DNA from: Sutterella sp.
Lineage (GTDB): Bacteria; Pseudomonadota; Gammaproteobacteria; Burkholderiales; Burkholderiaceae_F
Reading direction: 5' to 3'
Assembly (NCBI GenBank): GCA_020025955.1
Contig: JAHHRF010000011.1
Span: forward strand, 13,093 to 43,092
Length of the DNA stretch: 30,000 nucleotides
Part shown: positions 17,518 to 26,009 of the stretch, piece after piece
Layout of the letters: every line of letters begins with the position of its first letter
Numbering within the stretch: the stretch's first letter is position 1
Translations under genes and position numbers: made by a program
The notes under the pieces: model-generated
The model's input: the letters and a program-made list of their open reading frames with translations, nothing else
Databases searched by the model: none
What the model was told of the DNA's origin: nothing

Positions 17518-19038
17518 ATGGGTTCTCTTACTAAGAAGAAGATCACAATCGATCCGAAGGTGTTTTTCCCGCCTTTGGTCGTCGCTGTGATTCTTATCGC
17601 ATTAGTCCTTCGTGACATCGATGCTGCGAACGCCATGATTTCCGCTGCCTTCAACTTCGCGACCACGAAGTTTGGTTGGGCATTCGAGTGGTATATCGTG
17701 GTAACGCTTTGCATTTGGCTTTGGCTGGTGTTTGGTCCTTGGGCCAATCGTCGCCTCGGTGAAGAAGAGCCGGAATTCAGCACGCCTAGCTGGGTCTTCC
17801 TGCTTTTCGCTTCCTCGACCTCCGCAGCTGTGCTGTTCTGGGGTTCGATCGAAGTCTACTACTATGCTTCGACGCCTCCCTTTGGTTTAGCGCCGATGTC
17901 CACTGAAGCCTACGAATTCAGTATGGCTTACTCCTTGTTCCACTGGGGTCCGATCTCCTGGTCGACCTTTGGTTTCTTCACGGTGGCCTTCGCTTACTTC
18001 CTCTTCGTTAAGAAGATTGAAGTGGTGCGTCCGTCCGCTACCTGTGAAGCCGTTATTGGTAAGAAGAATGCCCAGGGCTTCCTCGGCGGCATTATCGATA
18101 ACCTCTACTTGGTCGCTCTCCTCCTCGCGATGAGTACCAGTCTCGGGATGGCTACGCCGCTCGTTACGGAATGTATGCAGTGGTTGTTCGGTATCGAACA
18201 TACCTTAGAACTTGACGCTGCCATCGTGATGGCCTGGATTGTCGTGAACGCTGTTTGCGTTGCGTTCGGTCTCGAAAAGGGCGTGAAGGTTGCTTCTGAC
18301 GTTCGTTCCTACCTCACGTTCTTGATCCTCGCTTGGGTTCTCACGCTCGGTGCCACGACGTTTACCATTAACTACTTCACGGATTCTGTCGGTCTCTTCT
18401 TGAACAACATGTTCCGCATGATGTTCTACACGGATGCCATCGGTAACGGCGGCTTCCCGCAGAGCTGGACGGTCTTCTACTGGGCTTGGTGGGTAATCTT
18501 TACGATCCAGACGTGCTTGTTCTTTGCACGTATCTCTCGTGGTCGTACGGTTCGTCAAGTTTCCGTGGCTGTGGTCGGTGGTGTGACCGCTACGACCTGG
18601 CTCATCTGGCCGATCCTCGGTTCCAACACGGTTCATTTGATGGTTACGAAGGCTTTGGACATCCCCGCTTTGATCGAACAGTATGGTGTTGCACGCGCCA
18701 TTATCGAAACGTGGGCTTCCTTGCCGGCTAGCACCTTAACGATGAGCATCTTCTTCGTCTTGTGCTTCATCGCTACCTTGACGCTCGTTAACAGCTGCTC
18801 CTACACGTTGGCTATGTCCACCTGTAAGGATGTGAGCGGCTACGACGAACCCCCGGTTTGGGTTCGTGTGATGTGGTCCCTCTTAGTGGGCGGTATCGCA
18901 CTCTCCCTCATGGCTCTTGGCGGTATTAAGCCCCTCCAAACGGCCATTATTGTTGGCGGCTGCTTGCTCTTCTTCGTCAACATTGTGATCGCGGTCTCCT
19001 TCTTCAAGGAAGCTAGCGCTAACAAGGAATGGAAGTAA
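17518..19038 (+). CDS. caiT: BCCT-family L-carnitine/gamma-butyrobetaine antiporter
   Basis: 506 aa. It is collinear with E. coli CaiT as I recall it: [113 protein letters not shown] 17518 aligns with the E. coli N-terminus. The track start at 17458 adds 20 unmatched residues. Confidence 0.9.
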   Translation: MGSLTKKKITIDPKVFFPPLVVAVILIALVLRDIDAANAMISAAFNFATTKFGWAFEWYIVVTLCIWLWLVFGPWANRRLGEEEPEFSTPSWVFLLFASSTSAAVLFWGSIEVYYYASTPPFGLAPMSTEAYEFSMAYSLFHWGPISWSTFGFFTVAFAYFLFVKKIEVVRPSATCEAVIGKKNAQGFLGGIIDNLYLVALLLAMSTSLGMATPLVTECMQWLFGIEHTLELDAAIVMAWIVVNAVCVAFGLEKGVKVASDVRSYLTFLILAWVLTLGATTFTINYFTDSVGLFLNNMFRMMFYTDAIGNGGFPQSWTVFYWAWWVIFTIQTCLFFARISRGRTVRQVSVAVVGGVTATTWLIWPILGSNTVHLMVTKALDIPALIEQYGVARAIIETWASLPASTLTMSIFFVLCFIATLTLVNSCSYTLAMSTCKDVSGYDEPPVWVRVMWSLLVGGIALSLMALGGIKPLQTAIIVGGCLLFFVNIVIAVSFFKEASANKEWK

Positions 19039-19084
19039 TTCTGACCAATTGCTTCAACCAACCATCCAAATAAAAGGATCAAAA

Positions 19085-20227
19085 ATGAACTTTGAACTTA
19101 GTGATGAACAACAGTTGCTCGTGGCCGGTGTCCGAGAACTGATGGAAAGTGAAAACTGGGAAACGTACTTTGACGAGTGCGACAAGAACAGCACTTATCC
19201 GATTCGTTGGGTCAAGGCCTTAGCCGATCTCGGTATCGATCGTTTGTTATTGCCGGAAAGCTATGGCGGTTTAGAGTCTGACTTAGTCACGCTCGCTGCC
19301 ATCTGGGAAGAATTGGGCCGCAACGGGGCCCCGACCTATGTTCTTTATCAGCTCCCTGGCGTAACGTCCGTTCTCCATAACGGTACACCCGAACAGATCG
19401 AAAAGATCGTTGCCCTCTTAGGTACGGGCGAGCAGATGTGGAACTCTGCTATTACCGAACCGGGCGCTGGTTCTGACGTCGGCAGCTTGACGACGACGTA
19501 CGAACGCCGCGACGGCAAGATCTACTTGAACGGTCACAAGGCCTTCATCACGAGCTCCTATCATTGCCCCTACTTAGTGGTGATGGCTCGCGACGCTGCC
19601 TCCCCCGATAAGCCGATCTTCTCGGAATTCTTCGTTGACATGTCCAAGGCTGGCATCAAGAAGGAAAAGCTTCCGAAGCTCGGTCTTAAGATGGATAGCT
19701 GCTGCGAAATCTACTTCGAAAACGTTGAGTTGGAAGAAAAGGATTTCTTCGGCAAGGAAGGGATGGGCTTCCAGCGCGTTAAGGACGAGTTCGACGTCGA
19801 ACGCTTCTTGGTGGCTTGCACGAACTACGGTATCGCTTACTGCGCCTTCGAAGACGCTGCTAAGTACGCTAACCAGCGCGAACAGTTCGGCGAAAAGATC
19901 TACCGCTATCAGTTGACCCAGTTGAAGTTCGCCGAAATGGCAACCGCCTTGGCCAACATGCGTCACATGATCTATCAGGCTGCTTGGAAGGCTGATAAGA
20001 CCGGCGTGATGGATACGGGTGATGCCGCCATGTGCAAGTGGTACTGCGCTAACGCTGCCTTCTCCGTGGTCGACAAGGCCATGCAGGTTTTAGGTGGCAT
20101 GGGCGTTGCCGGGGATCACCGTGTGGGCCGCTTCTGGCGTGACCTCCGCGTTGACCGCATCTCTGGTGGTACGGACGAAATGCAGATCTTGACCTTAGGT
20201 CGTGCAGTTCTCAAGAAGTATCGTTAA
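19085..20227 (+). CDS. caiA: Crotonobetainyl-CoA reductase/dehydrogenase (acyl-CoA dehydrogenase family)
   Basis: 380 aa, the same length as E. coli CaiA, with roughly two-thirds identity by eye: [26 protein letters not shown].., [60 protein letters not shown]. An AAGGA RBS lies upstream. Confidence 0.9.
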   Translation: MNFELSDEQQLLVAGVRELMESENWETYFDECDKNSTYPIRWVKALADLGIDRLLLPESYGGLESDLVTLAAIWEELGRNGAPTYVLYQLPGVTSVLHNGTPEQIEKIVALLGTGEQMWNSAITEPGAGSDVGSLTTTYERRDGKIYLNGHKAFITSSYHCPYLVVMARDAASPDKPIFSEFFVDMSKAGIKKEKLPKLGLKMDSCCEIYFENVELEEKDFFGKEGMGFQRVKDEFDVERFLVACTNYGIAYCAFEDAAKYANQREQFGEKIYRYQLTQLKFAEMATALANMRHMIYQAAWKADKTGVMDTGDAAMCKWYCANAAFSVVDKAMQVLGGMGVAGDHRVGRFWRDLRVDRISGGTDEMQILTLGRAVLKKYR

Positions 20228-20250
20228 TCGCGTTTAAGTAAAAGATGCAG

Positions 20251-20273
20251 CCCCAGAGCTAGAGACTCTGGGG
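20251..20273 (+). repeat. Intercistronic hairpin between caiA and caiB
   Basis: CCCCAGAG (20251-20258), loop CTAGAGA, then CTCTGGGG (20266-20273). The stem extends by wobble and AU pairs to 20247-20277. There is no T-run. The caiB RBS GAGGAGAG follows. Confidence 0.5.
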
Positions 20274-20290
20274 TTGTAGAGGAGAGAAAA

Positions 20291-21505
20291 ATGAGTTTGA
20301 ACCAAAAGCCGGATTTCGGGCCTCTTCATGGCGTTCGTGTGGTTGTGTCCGCAATGGAAATTGCTGGGCCCTTCCCCGCTCACATGATGGCTGAATGGGG
20401 TGCCGATGTTATCTGGATTGAAAACACCAGCTATCCGGATACCATCCGTGTCCAACGCAACTACTGCGAACTCGCTCGTCGTAACTTTAAGACCATTACG
20501 TTGAACATGTTCGCTGAAGAAGGTCGCGAAGCCTTCTTGCGTTTGATGAAGGACACCGACATCCTTATCGAATCCAGCAAGGGTCCCTCCTGGCCGCGCC
20601 ACGGGATCACTGACGAACTCTTGTGGGGTGCCAACCCTGCTTTGGTGATCGCTCACTTGTCCGGCTACGGCCACTGGGGCGACCCCAACTACATCAACCT
20701 CCCGAGCTATGACTTGATCGCTCAGGCCTTCTCTGGCTACCTCGTTCAGAACGGTACGGTCGAACAGCCTGTTCCCGCCTTCCCGTACGCAGGTGACTAC
20801 TTCGCTGGCTTCACGGTCTTGAGTTCCGCTTTGGCTGCTCTCTATCGTGCTAAGCAGACGGGTCAGGGTGAATCCATCGACGTTTCCATGTACGAAGCCC
20901 TCTTGCGCGTTGGCCAGTACTACATGATGGACTACTTCAACGAAGGCAAGGTCTACCCGCGTTCCAACATGGGTAAGGATCCGTTATGCGTCGGCTGTGG
21001 CGTCTACAAGTGCAAGGACGGCTACATGACGATGGAATTGGTGGGTGCCCGCCAAGTCGCCGGCATGATGAAGGAATTGGGCAAGGACGCCCTCATCGGG
21101 ACGGATGCCTGTCCTGAAGGCTGCCAGTTATTGCTCTTGAGCATGCCGCACGGTACCGAAACGGAAGCCGACATCGACAAGTACTTTGCCGATATGACGT
21201 TGGCTGACGCTGAAGCCGTGATGAGCCGCTTAAAGATTGCTGGCGGTCGCATGATGACGGTTCAGGATCTTGAAAACCATCCGCACTACGTTGCTCGTGA
21301 AGACATCGTGACGTGGGAAGGTTCCAACGGTCGCACCGTTAAGGGCCCGAACATTGTGCCACGCTTCAAGAATCGTCCTGGCCAGATCTGGCGTGGTATG
21401 CCGGATCGCGGCGAACACACCAAGAGCGTTCTCGAGGGCTTAGGCTACAACGATCAACAGATCGCTGAGCTCGAAGAAAAGGGTATTGTATTGTTGAAAA
21501 AGTGA
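20291..21505 (+). CDS. caiB: L-carnitine:gamma-butyrobetainyl-CoA CoA-transferase (family III CoA-transferase)
   Basis: 404 aa, against about 405 in E. coli. PDFGPLHGVRVV.S..EIAGPF, WGADVIWIEN, DTIRVQ.NY, EGREAFL.LM, PAFPYAGDYFAG (the catalytic Asp context AFPY.ADYF.G), GKDP, KGPNI.PRFKN.PGQIWRGMP. Confidence 0.9.
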   Translation: MSLNQKPDFGPLHGVRVVVSAMEIAGPFPAHMMAEWGADVIWIENTSYPDTIRVQRNYCELARRNFKTITLNMFAEEGREAFLRLMKDTDILIESSKGPSWPRHGITDELLWGANPALVIAHLSGYGHWGDPNYINLPSYDLIAQAFSGYLVQNGTVEQPVPAFPYAGDYFAGFTVLSSALAALYRAKQTGQGESIDVSMYEALLRVGQYYMMDYFNEGKVYPRSNMGKDPLCVGCGVYKCKDGYMTMELVGARQVAGMMKELGKDALIGTDACPEGCQLLLLSMPHGTETEADIDKYFADMTLADAEAVMSRLKIAGGRMMTVQDLENHPHYVAREDIVTWEGSNGRTVKGPNIVPRFKNRPGQIWRGMPDRGEHTKSVLEGLGYNDQQIAELEEKGIVLLKK

Positions 21506-21510
21506 TAAAC

Positions 21511-21531
21511 ATATATTATTAGATAATATAT
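21511..21531. repeat. Perfect 21-bp AT-only palindrome in the caiB-caiC spacer
   Basis: ATATATTAT-TAG-ATAATATAT (9-bp arms, 3-bp centre). It starts 6 nt after the caiB TGA-TAA double stop. It sits in an AT-rich stretch of about 60 nt that contrasts with the surrounding coding sequence. Confidence 0.6.
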
Positions 21532-21569
21532 AGATCATCTTTTCACGATCATTTACTTAATGGACCAAT

Positions 21570-21596
21570 GGGGGATTAGGGTTTTTCCCATCCCCC
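21570..21596 (+). repeat. GC-rich hairpin immediately upstream of the caiC ribosome-binding region
   Basis: GGGGGAT (21570-21576) pairs with ATCCCCC (21590-21596). An inner GGG-TTTTT-CCC pairing gives about 10 bp with a 2-nt bulge. No T-run follows. The caiC ATG is 21 nt downstream. Confidence 0.5.
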
Positions 21597-21616
21597 TGAG
21601 GTTCAAGGGACTCTCG

Positions 21617-23215
21617 ATGTTAGATATTGTTGGCAATAAGAACCTTCGTCAGTTTTGGGAAGAACTGGCAAAACAGAACCAGGATAAAATCTGCGTCCAC
21701 GCCCAGGATAAATTAGGGCATACGATTTCCTACACTTACGGAGAACTCAATAAAGAAATTAACCGTGCGGCTAATTTGTTTATTGCGAGCGGTATCGCTA
21801 AGGGCGACCGCGTCATGGTTCAAATGACCAATACCGTGTCCTTTCTTAAGGTCTGGTTTGGTTTAGCGAAGATTGGGGCCGTGATGGTGACGGTGAACAC
21901 CGGCTACATCACCAATGAGTTTGACCACTTGGTAAAAACGGCTGATTCCACTCGCTTGATTTGTGATGCAGCCTTCCTTTCTCACTGGCGCGCCTACGAA
22001 CGTAGTGCTAAGCCGTTTGAAAAGATTTTTGTCACCAACATTGAAGAACATGCCGACTTGGGCGAAGGCGTCATCTTTGAAGAAGCCTTACGTGACCAGC
22101 CGGAAGAATTGACGGAAGTTCGTCCCATCGACAGCGAAGACGTGATGGAAATCCTCTTCACCTCTGGGACGACCTCGGCTCCGAAGGGGGCACAGATTAC
22201 GCATGCGAACTTGATCTGGGCAGGGCTCTTTACCTCCGCCCAGGCTCGCATGAACCGTGAAGATGTGTTGCTCACGACGATGCCTAACTTCCATGTGGAC
22301 TTCCAGTGCAATGCCTGCATGCCGACCTTGACGGTTGGGGGGACGTTGGTGATGTTGCAGCGCTTCAGCGCTCATCACTTCTGGGAATCGGTGTGCTTGT
22401 ATCGCGCCACGATCATTCAGGCGGTTCCCATGATCCTTCGCACGATTATGTTGCAGCCGGTGAAGGCTTGGGAACGTAATCACTGCGTACGTGATGTGCT
22501 CTACGCGTTGCCGCTCTCGAAGACTGAATACCAAGCGTTTAAGGATCGCTTTGGCGTCGATCTGTTGAATTCTTACGGGATGACCGAAACCTTAGTGGGT
22601 TGTATTACGACCCTGCCCGAAGAAGATCGTCGCTTCCCCTCCGTGGGTCGTCCGTACTTTGGTTACGAAGCCAAGTTAGTCGACGACAACGGGGACGAAG
22701 TCCCCACCGGTGAAATCGGTACCTTCATGGTCCGTGGGATCCCGGGGCGCACCCTCTTTAAGGGGTATGTAAACAATGAAAAAGCCACCCGTGAGACCTT
22801 AGTCGGGGATGGCTGGATGATGACCAAGGATAAAGGTCGCATCGACGAGGATGGTGTTTTCTGGTTCGTGGACCGTTCCATCGACATCATCAAACGCAGT
22901 GGCGAAAACATTTCCAGTTCGGAAGTTGAACGCGTACTGGTATCGCATCCCAAGATTGCCGAAGCGGCGGTCATTGGTGTGCCTGACCCGATCCGTGACC
23001 AGGAAGTCAAGGCATATGTGCGAATCAAGGATGGCGAGTCGATTACCAAGAAGGAAGTGATTGAACACTGTGCTCGCAGCTTAGCTGAATTCAAGTTGCC
23101 GGTATACGTGGAGTTCCGTCAAGGGTTCCAACATACCTGCACTGGAAAGATCGTCAAAGAGCTTCTCAAGGCTGAGAAGAATGACGAAACAAAACGTCTT
23201 GTAATCAACCGATAA
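21617..23215 (+). CDS. caiC: Crotonobetaine/carnitine-CoA ligase (adenylate-forming enzyme)
   Basis: MLDIVGNKNLRQFWEELA parallels E. coli CaiC MDIIGGQHLRQMWDDLA. AMP-binding motif ILFTSGTTSAPKGAQITH. WFGLAKIGA.MV, NSYGMTET, GW..T.D.G..DE.G.F.FVDR, IKR.GENIS. The 19-codon upstream extension in the ORF track runs through the hairpin and is rejected. Confidence 0.88.
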   Translation: MLDIVGNKNLRQFWEELAKQNQDKICVHAQDKLGHTISYTYGELNKEINRAANLFIASGIAKGDRVMVQMTNTVSFLKVWFGLAKIGAVMVTVNTGYITNEFDHLVKTADSTRLICDAAFLSHWRAYERSAKPFEKIFVTNIEEHADLGEGVIFEEALRDQPEELTEVRPIDSEDVMEILFTSGTTSAPKGAQITHANLIWAGLFTSAQARMNREDVLLTTMPNFHVDFQCNACMPTLTVGGTLVMLQRFSAHHFWESVCLYRATIIQAVPMILRTIMLQPVKAWERNHCVRDVLYALPLSKTEYQAFKDRFGVDLLNSYGMTETLVGCITTLPEEDRRFPSVGRPYFGYEAKLVDDNGDEVPTGEIGTFMVRGIPGRTLFKGYVNNEKATRETLVGDGWMMTKDKGRIDEDGVFWFVDRSIDIIKRSGENISSSEVERVLVSHPKIAEAAVIGVPDPIRDQEVKAYVRIKDGESITKKEVIEHCARSLAEFKLPVYVEFRQGFQHTCTGKIVKELLKAEKNDETKRLVINR

Positions 23216-23243
23216 GACGTAATTTTCAAAAGGAGAGAGAGTT

Positions 23244-24098
23244 ATGGCTCTGAAACTTGATATGGTCGGCAAGACCTACGGTCCTTTCATTTACAACTAC
23301 AACTTCCGCGATCTCATCTTGTTCGCATTGGGTTGTGGCGCTGGCTACGACGGCAAGACTGACCTGAAGTATGTCTACGAAAAGGATCAGAAGGTTTTAC
23401 CGATGATTGCCGCGTGCCCGATCGTGGCCAGTGAAGTGACCAAAACGATCGACTGGGGTTTCGAATGGGGTGGCAGCCTTCACTGGGGCTTCGACTTCCG
23501 CTTGATGAAGCCGCTTAGCAAGGTCGAAGGTACCTTCGAAACGATGGTTACGCTCAAGGGCTTGTTCGACCGTGGCGAAGGCCGTGGTACGTTGGCTCAG
23601 CACTATGGCGAAACGCGCGACAAGGAAACTGGCGAACTTCTGTTCACGAACGAAAGCTGGGACTGCGCTATTTTCGACGGCGGCTGGGGTGGCCCGAAGG
23701 CTCCGAAGGACATCGTTGAAATTCCCGAAACGGAACCGGATTGGATCTGCGAACAGGAAATCCCGTTGAACCAGGCCATCATCTATCGCCTCTCGGGTGA
23801 CTACCATCCGCAGCATATCGATTGGGAATACGCTCAGAAGTTCGGTTATCCGAAGCCCAACCTCCACGCTGTGTCGACCGCTGGTACCGCCTTGCGTCAC
23901 ATCATCAACGCTGTGTTGGATGGTGACTCCGATCGCCTCACGCGCTTCAAGACCCGTATCACGAAGCCGTTATTCCCGGGGTGCCGTGTTCGCATCCGTA
24001 TCTGGAAGTTCGGCGAAGGCTGCGTGCACTTCAACGTTGAAGATGCGGACAAGCCGGGTCACTTCTACTTGAACTTCGGCTTGGTCGAGTACAAGTAA
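23244..24098 (+). CDS. MaoC-like double hot-dog (hydratase-2 type, R-specific) enoyl-CoA hydratase/dehydratase, occupying the position of caiD/caiE
   Basis: 284 aa. The C-terminal half carries the hydratase-2 motif YRLSGDYHPQHIDWEYA (nt 23784-23834). The consensus is [YF]-x-[LVIG]-[STGC]-G-D-x-N-P-[LIV]-H-x5-[AS], so the catalytic D and H are kept but N is H and [LIV] is Q. The N-terminal YNYNFRDLILFALGCGAG and the Gly-rich linker DGGWGGPKAP resemble the MFE-2 hydratase domain layout. A strong AAAGGAGAGAG RBS precedes the gene. Confidence 0.8.
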   Translation: MALKLDMVGKTYGPFIYNYNFRDLILFALGCGAGYDGKTDLKYVYEKDQKVLPMIAACPIVASEVTKTIDWGFEWGGSLHWGFDFRLMKPLSKVEGTFETMVTLKGLFDRGEGRGTLAQHYGETRDKETGELLFTNESWDCAIFDGGWGGPKAPKDIVEIPETEPDWICEQEIPLNQAIIYRLSGDYHPQHIDWEYAQKFGYPKPNLHAVSTAGTALRHIINAVLDGDSDRLTRFKTRITKPLFPGCRVRIRIWKFGEGCVHFNVEDADKPGHFYLNFGLVEYK

Positions 24099-24112
24099 TC
24101 TTTTTTAAAGCC

Positions 24113-24149
24113 TTGATGGCTAGTGGTTTGACCAACGACTAGCCATCAA
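24113..24149 (+). repeat. Perfect 12-bp-stem hairpin at the cai-half / fix-half junction
   Basis: TTGATGGCTAGT (24113-24124), a 13-nt loop, then ACTAGCCATCAA (24138-24149). No T-tract follows. The fixA ATG is 22 nt downstream. Confidence 0.55.
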
Positions 24150-24170
24150 CTCAAACCCTCTGGAACTACT

Positions 24171-24944
24171 ATGAAAATCTTTTCTGCATTTAAGTTTGTT
24201 GAAGAAGAACAGGACATTGTTGTTAACGCCGATCGCACCCTTGACTTAAGCAAGGCTACGGTGAAGATTAGCCCCTTTGATTTGAATGCAATCGAAGCGG
24301 CTGTTCAGGCAAAGTCTTTAGTTGAAGGTGCTGAAATCACCGCCATTTCCGTTGGTGGTAAGCGCTTGGCTAACCCGAAGGCACGAAAAGATGTGCTTTC
24401 CCGCGGCCCCGACAACTTGTTGTTGGTTCAGGACGATCTCTTTGAAGATCTCCGTCCGAACGAAACCGCTAAGGTTTTATCCGGTGTTCTGAGCATTCGT
24501 GGGTTTGATTTATTGATCTGCGGTAACGGTTCGGCTGACATCTATGCCCAGCAGACGGGCTTGTTGTTAGGCGAAGCCCTCAGCATCCCGACCGTGAACG
24601 CTGTGAGCCGCATCGTTAGCCTCGAAGAAAAGAAGATTGTTGTTGAACGTAGCTTGGAAGACGAAGTTGAAACCTTGGAAATTCAGCTTCCGGCCGTGAT
24701 CTGCGTGACCGCCGACATCAACGAGCCCCAGATTCCTGCTATGCGTGCCATTTTGGCTGCCGCCAAGAAGCCCGTTGAAGTCATGAGCGCTTCCGACTTC
24801 GCTTGCACGTTAGAAAACCGCCCCGTGGCTGTTGAAAGCATCCTTGCTCAGCCCCAGAAGGACCGTGCTCAAGTGGTTATTGAAGGTGAAGATGATGCTT
24901 CGATTGAAGCCTTCGCCGCCCACCTTCGTAAGGCATTGGTCTGA
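24171..24944 (+). CDS. fixA: Electron-transfer flavoprotein beta subunit, FixA type
   Basis: 257 aa. It parallels E. coli FixA: KISP.DLNAIEAA, SVGGK.L.N.K.RKDVLSRGPD, CG.GS.D.YAQQ.GLL.GE.L.IP.VN.VS.I, LPAV..V..DIN.PQIP.M.AIL.AAKKPV. Confidence 0.9.
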   Translation: MKIFSAFKFVEEEQDIVVNADRTLDLSKATVKISPFDLNAIEAAVQAKSLVEGAEITAISVGGKRLANPKARKDVLSRGPDNLLLVQDDLFEDLRPNETAKVLSGVLSIRGFDLLICGNGSADIYAQQTGLLLGEALSIPTVNAVSRIVSLEEKKIVVERSLEDEVETLEIQLPAVICVTADINEPQIPAMRAILAAAKKPVEVMSASDFACTLENRPVAVESILAQPQKDRAQVVIEGEDDASIEAFAAHLRKALV

Positions 24945-24970
24945 TAAAAGCCAGAATTCAGGAGAAAAAA

Positions 24971-25900
24971 ATGAGCAAGTTTGTGAAAGTTTGGACCTTT
25001 AATGATTTGGCCGCTCGTGAGGGTGAAGTCATCGCCGCCGGCCGTCAGTTTGGTGTGGAAGTTCGTTCCATCGTTGTGGATGCCGCCAAGGCTAATGATG
25101 TCATCGGTCTCGGTGCCGACAAGGCTGTCGTCGTGAAGGGTCTCCCGGAAGGCGCCATGCTCGAAGATTGCGCTGCCACGATCGCTAAGGCCATCACGGC
25201 TGACGAATTGCCCGCCGTCTTGGTGATGCCCGCCTCCGTGCGCTGCAAGGCCATCGCCGCTAAGGTCGCTAAGTTAACCAACGCTGGTATCGTCAATGAA
25301 GTGACCGAAATCAACGACGACACGTTCACCCACTTGGTTTACGGTGGTTTGGCGTTAAGCGCTGAAAAGGTTGAAAGCACGGTTGCCATTATTACGATGG
25401 CTCCGGGTGCTTACGCTGCTCTCGAAGCGGATGCTTCCCGCTCGGGCGATGTGATTGACGTTGACTTCGTGGCTCCCGCTGTTGGCGGTGTGACGCGTGT
25501 CGGCGTGACGAAGAAAGAAGCTGGTTCCGTGGACTTGGGTCGTGCCAAGCGCGTCGTTGGCGTGGGTCGCGGCTTCTCTGAAAAGGAACAGCTCCAGTTG
25601 GCCGAAGGCTTTGCCAAGGCTATGGGCGCTGAACTCGGTTGCTCCCGTCCGATCGCTGAAGGCGAACAGTGGATGGAACGCGAACGTTACATCGGTGTCT
25701 CGGGCGTCATGCTCAAGCCTGAAGTCTACGTTGCCGTTGGTGTGTCCGGTCAGATCCAGCACATGGTGGGTGTGAATACGGCTAACACGATCTTCGCGAT
25801 CAACAAGGACAAGAAGGCTCCGGTCTTCAAGTATGCCGACTACGGTATCGTCGGTGACCTCAAGGTCATCCTTCCGAAGCTCCAGGCGCTTTTAGCTTAA
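24971..25900 (+). CDS. fixB: Electron-transfer flavoprotein alpha subunit, FixB type
   Basis: 309 aa, with the ETF-alpha FAD signature VYVAVGVSGQIQHMVGVNTANTIFAINKDKKAPVF. Confidence 0.9.
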   Translation: MSKFVKVWTFNDLAAREGEVIAAGRQFGVEVRSIVVDAAKANDVIGLGADKAVVVKGLPEGAMLEDCAATIAKAITADELPAVLVMPASVRCKAIAAKVAKLTNAGIVNEVTEINDDTFTHLVYGGLALSAEKVESTVAIITMAPGAYAALEADASRSGDVIDVDFVAPAVGGVTRVGVTKKEAGSVDLGRAKRVVGVGRGFSEKEQLQLAEGFAKAMGAELGCSRPIAEGEQWMERERYIGVSGVMLKPEVYVAVGVSGQIQHMVGVNTANTIFAINKDKKAPVFKYADYGIVGDLKVILPKLQALLA

Positions 25901-25922
25901 TTAAAAGCGAGAGATAAGACTC

Positions 25923-25966
25923 AACTAGTCCGACCTCAAAGGATAACTCGTGGTCGGACTAGTTTT
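25923..25966 (+). terminator. Strong hairpin with a short T-run between fixB and fixC (candidate partial terminator/attenuator)
   Basis: A perfect 13-bp stem, AACTAGTCCGACC (25923-25935) with GGTCGGACTAGTT (25952-25964), and a 16-nt loop. The stem runs into TTTT (25963-25966), then GGATTCTTTT. Confidence 0.45.
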
Positions 25967-26009
25967 GGATTCTTTTGTCGAACCCCATAGAACTTGATAA
26001 GGAGATGAC

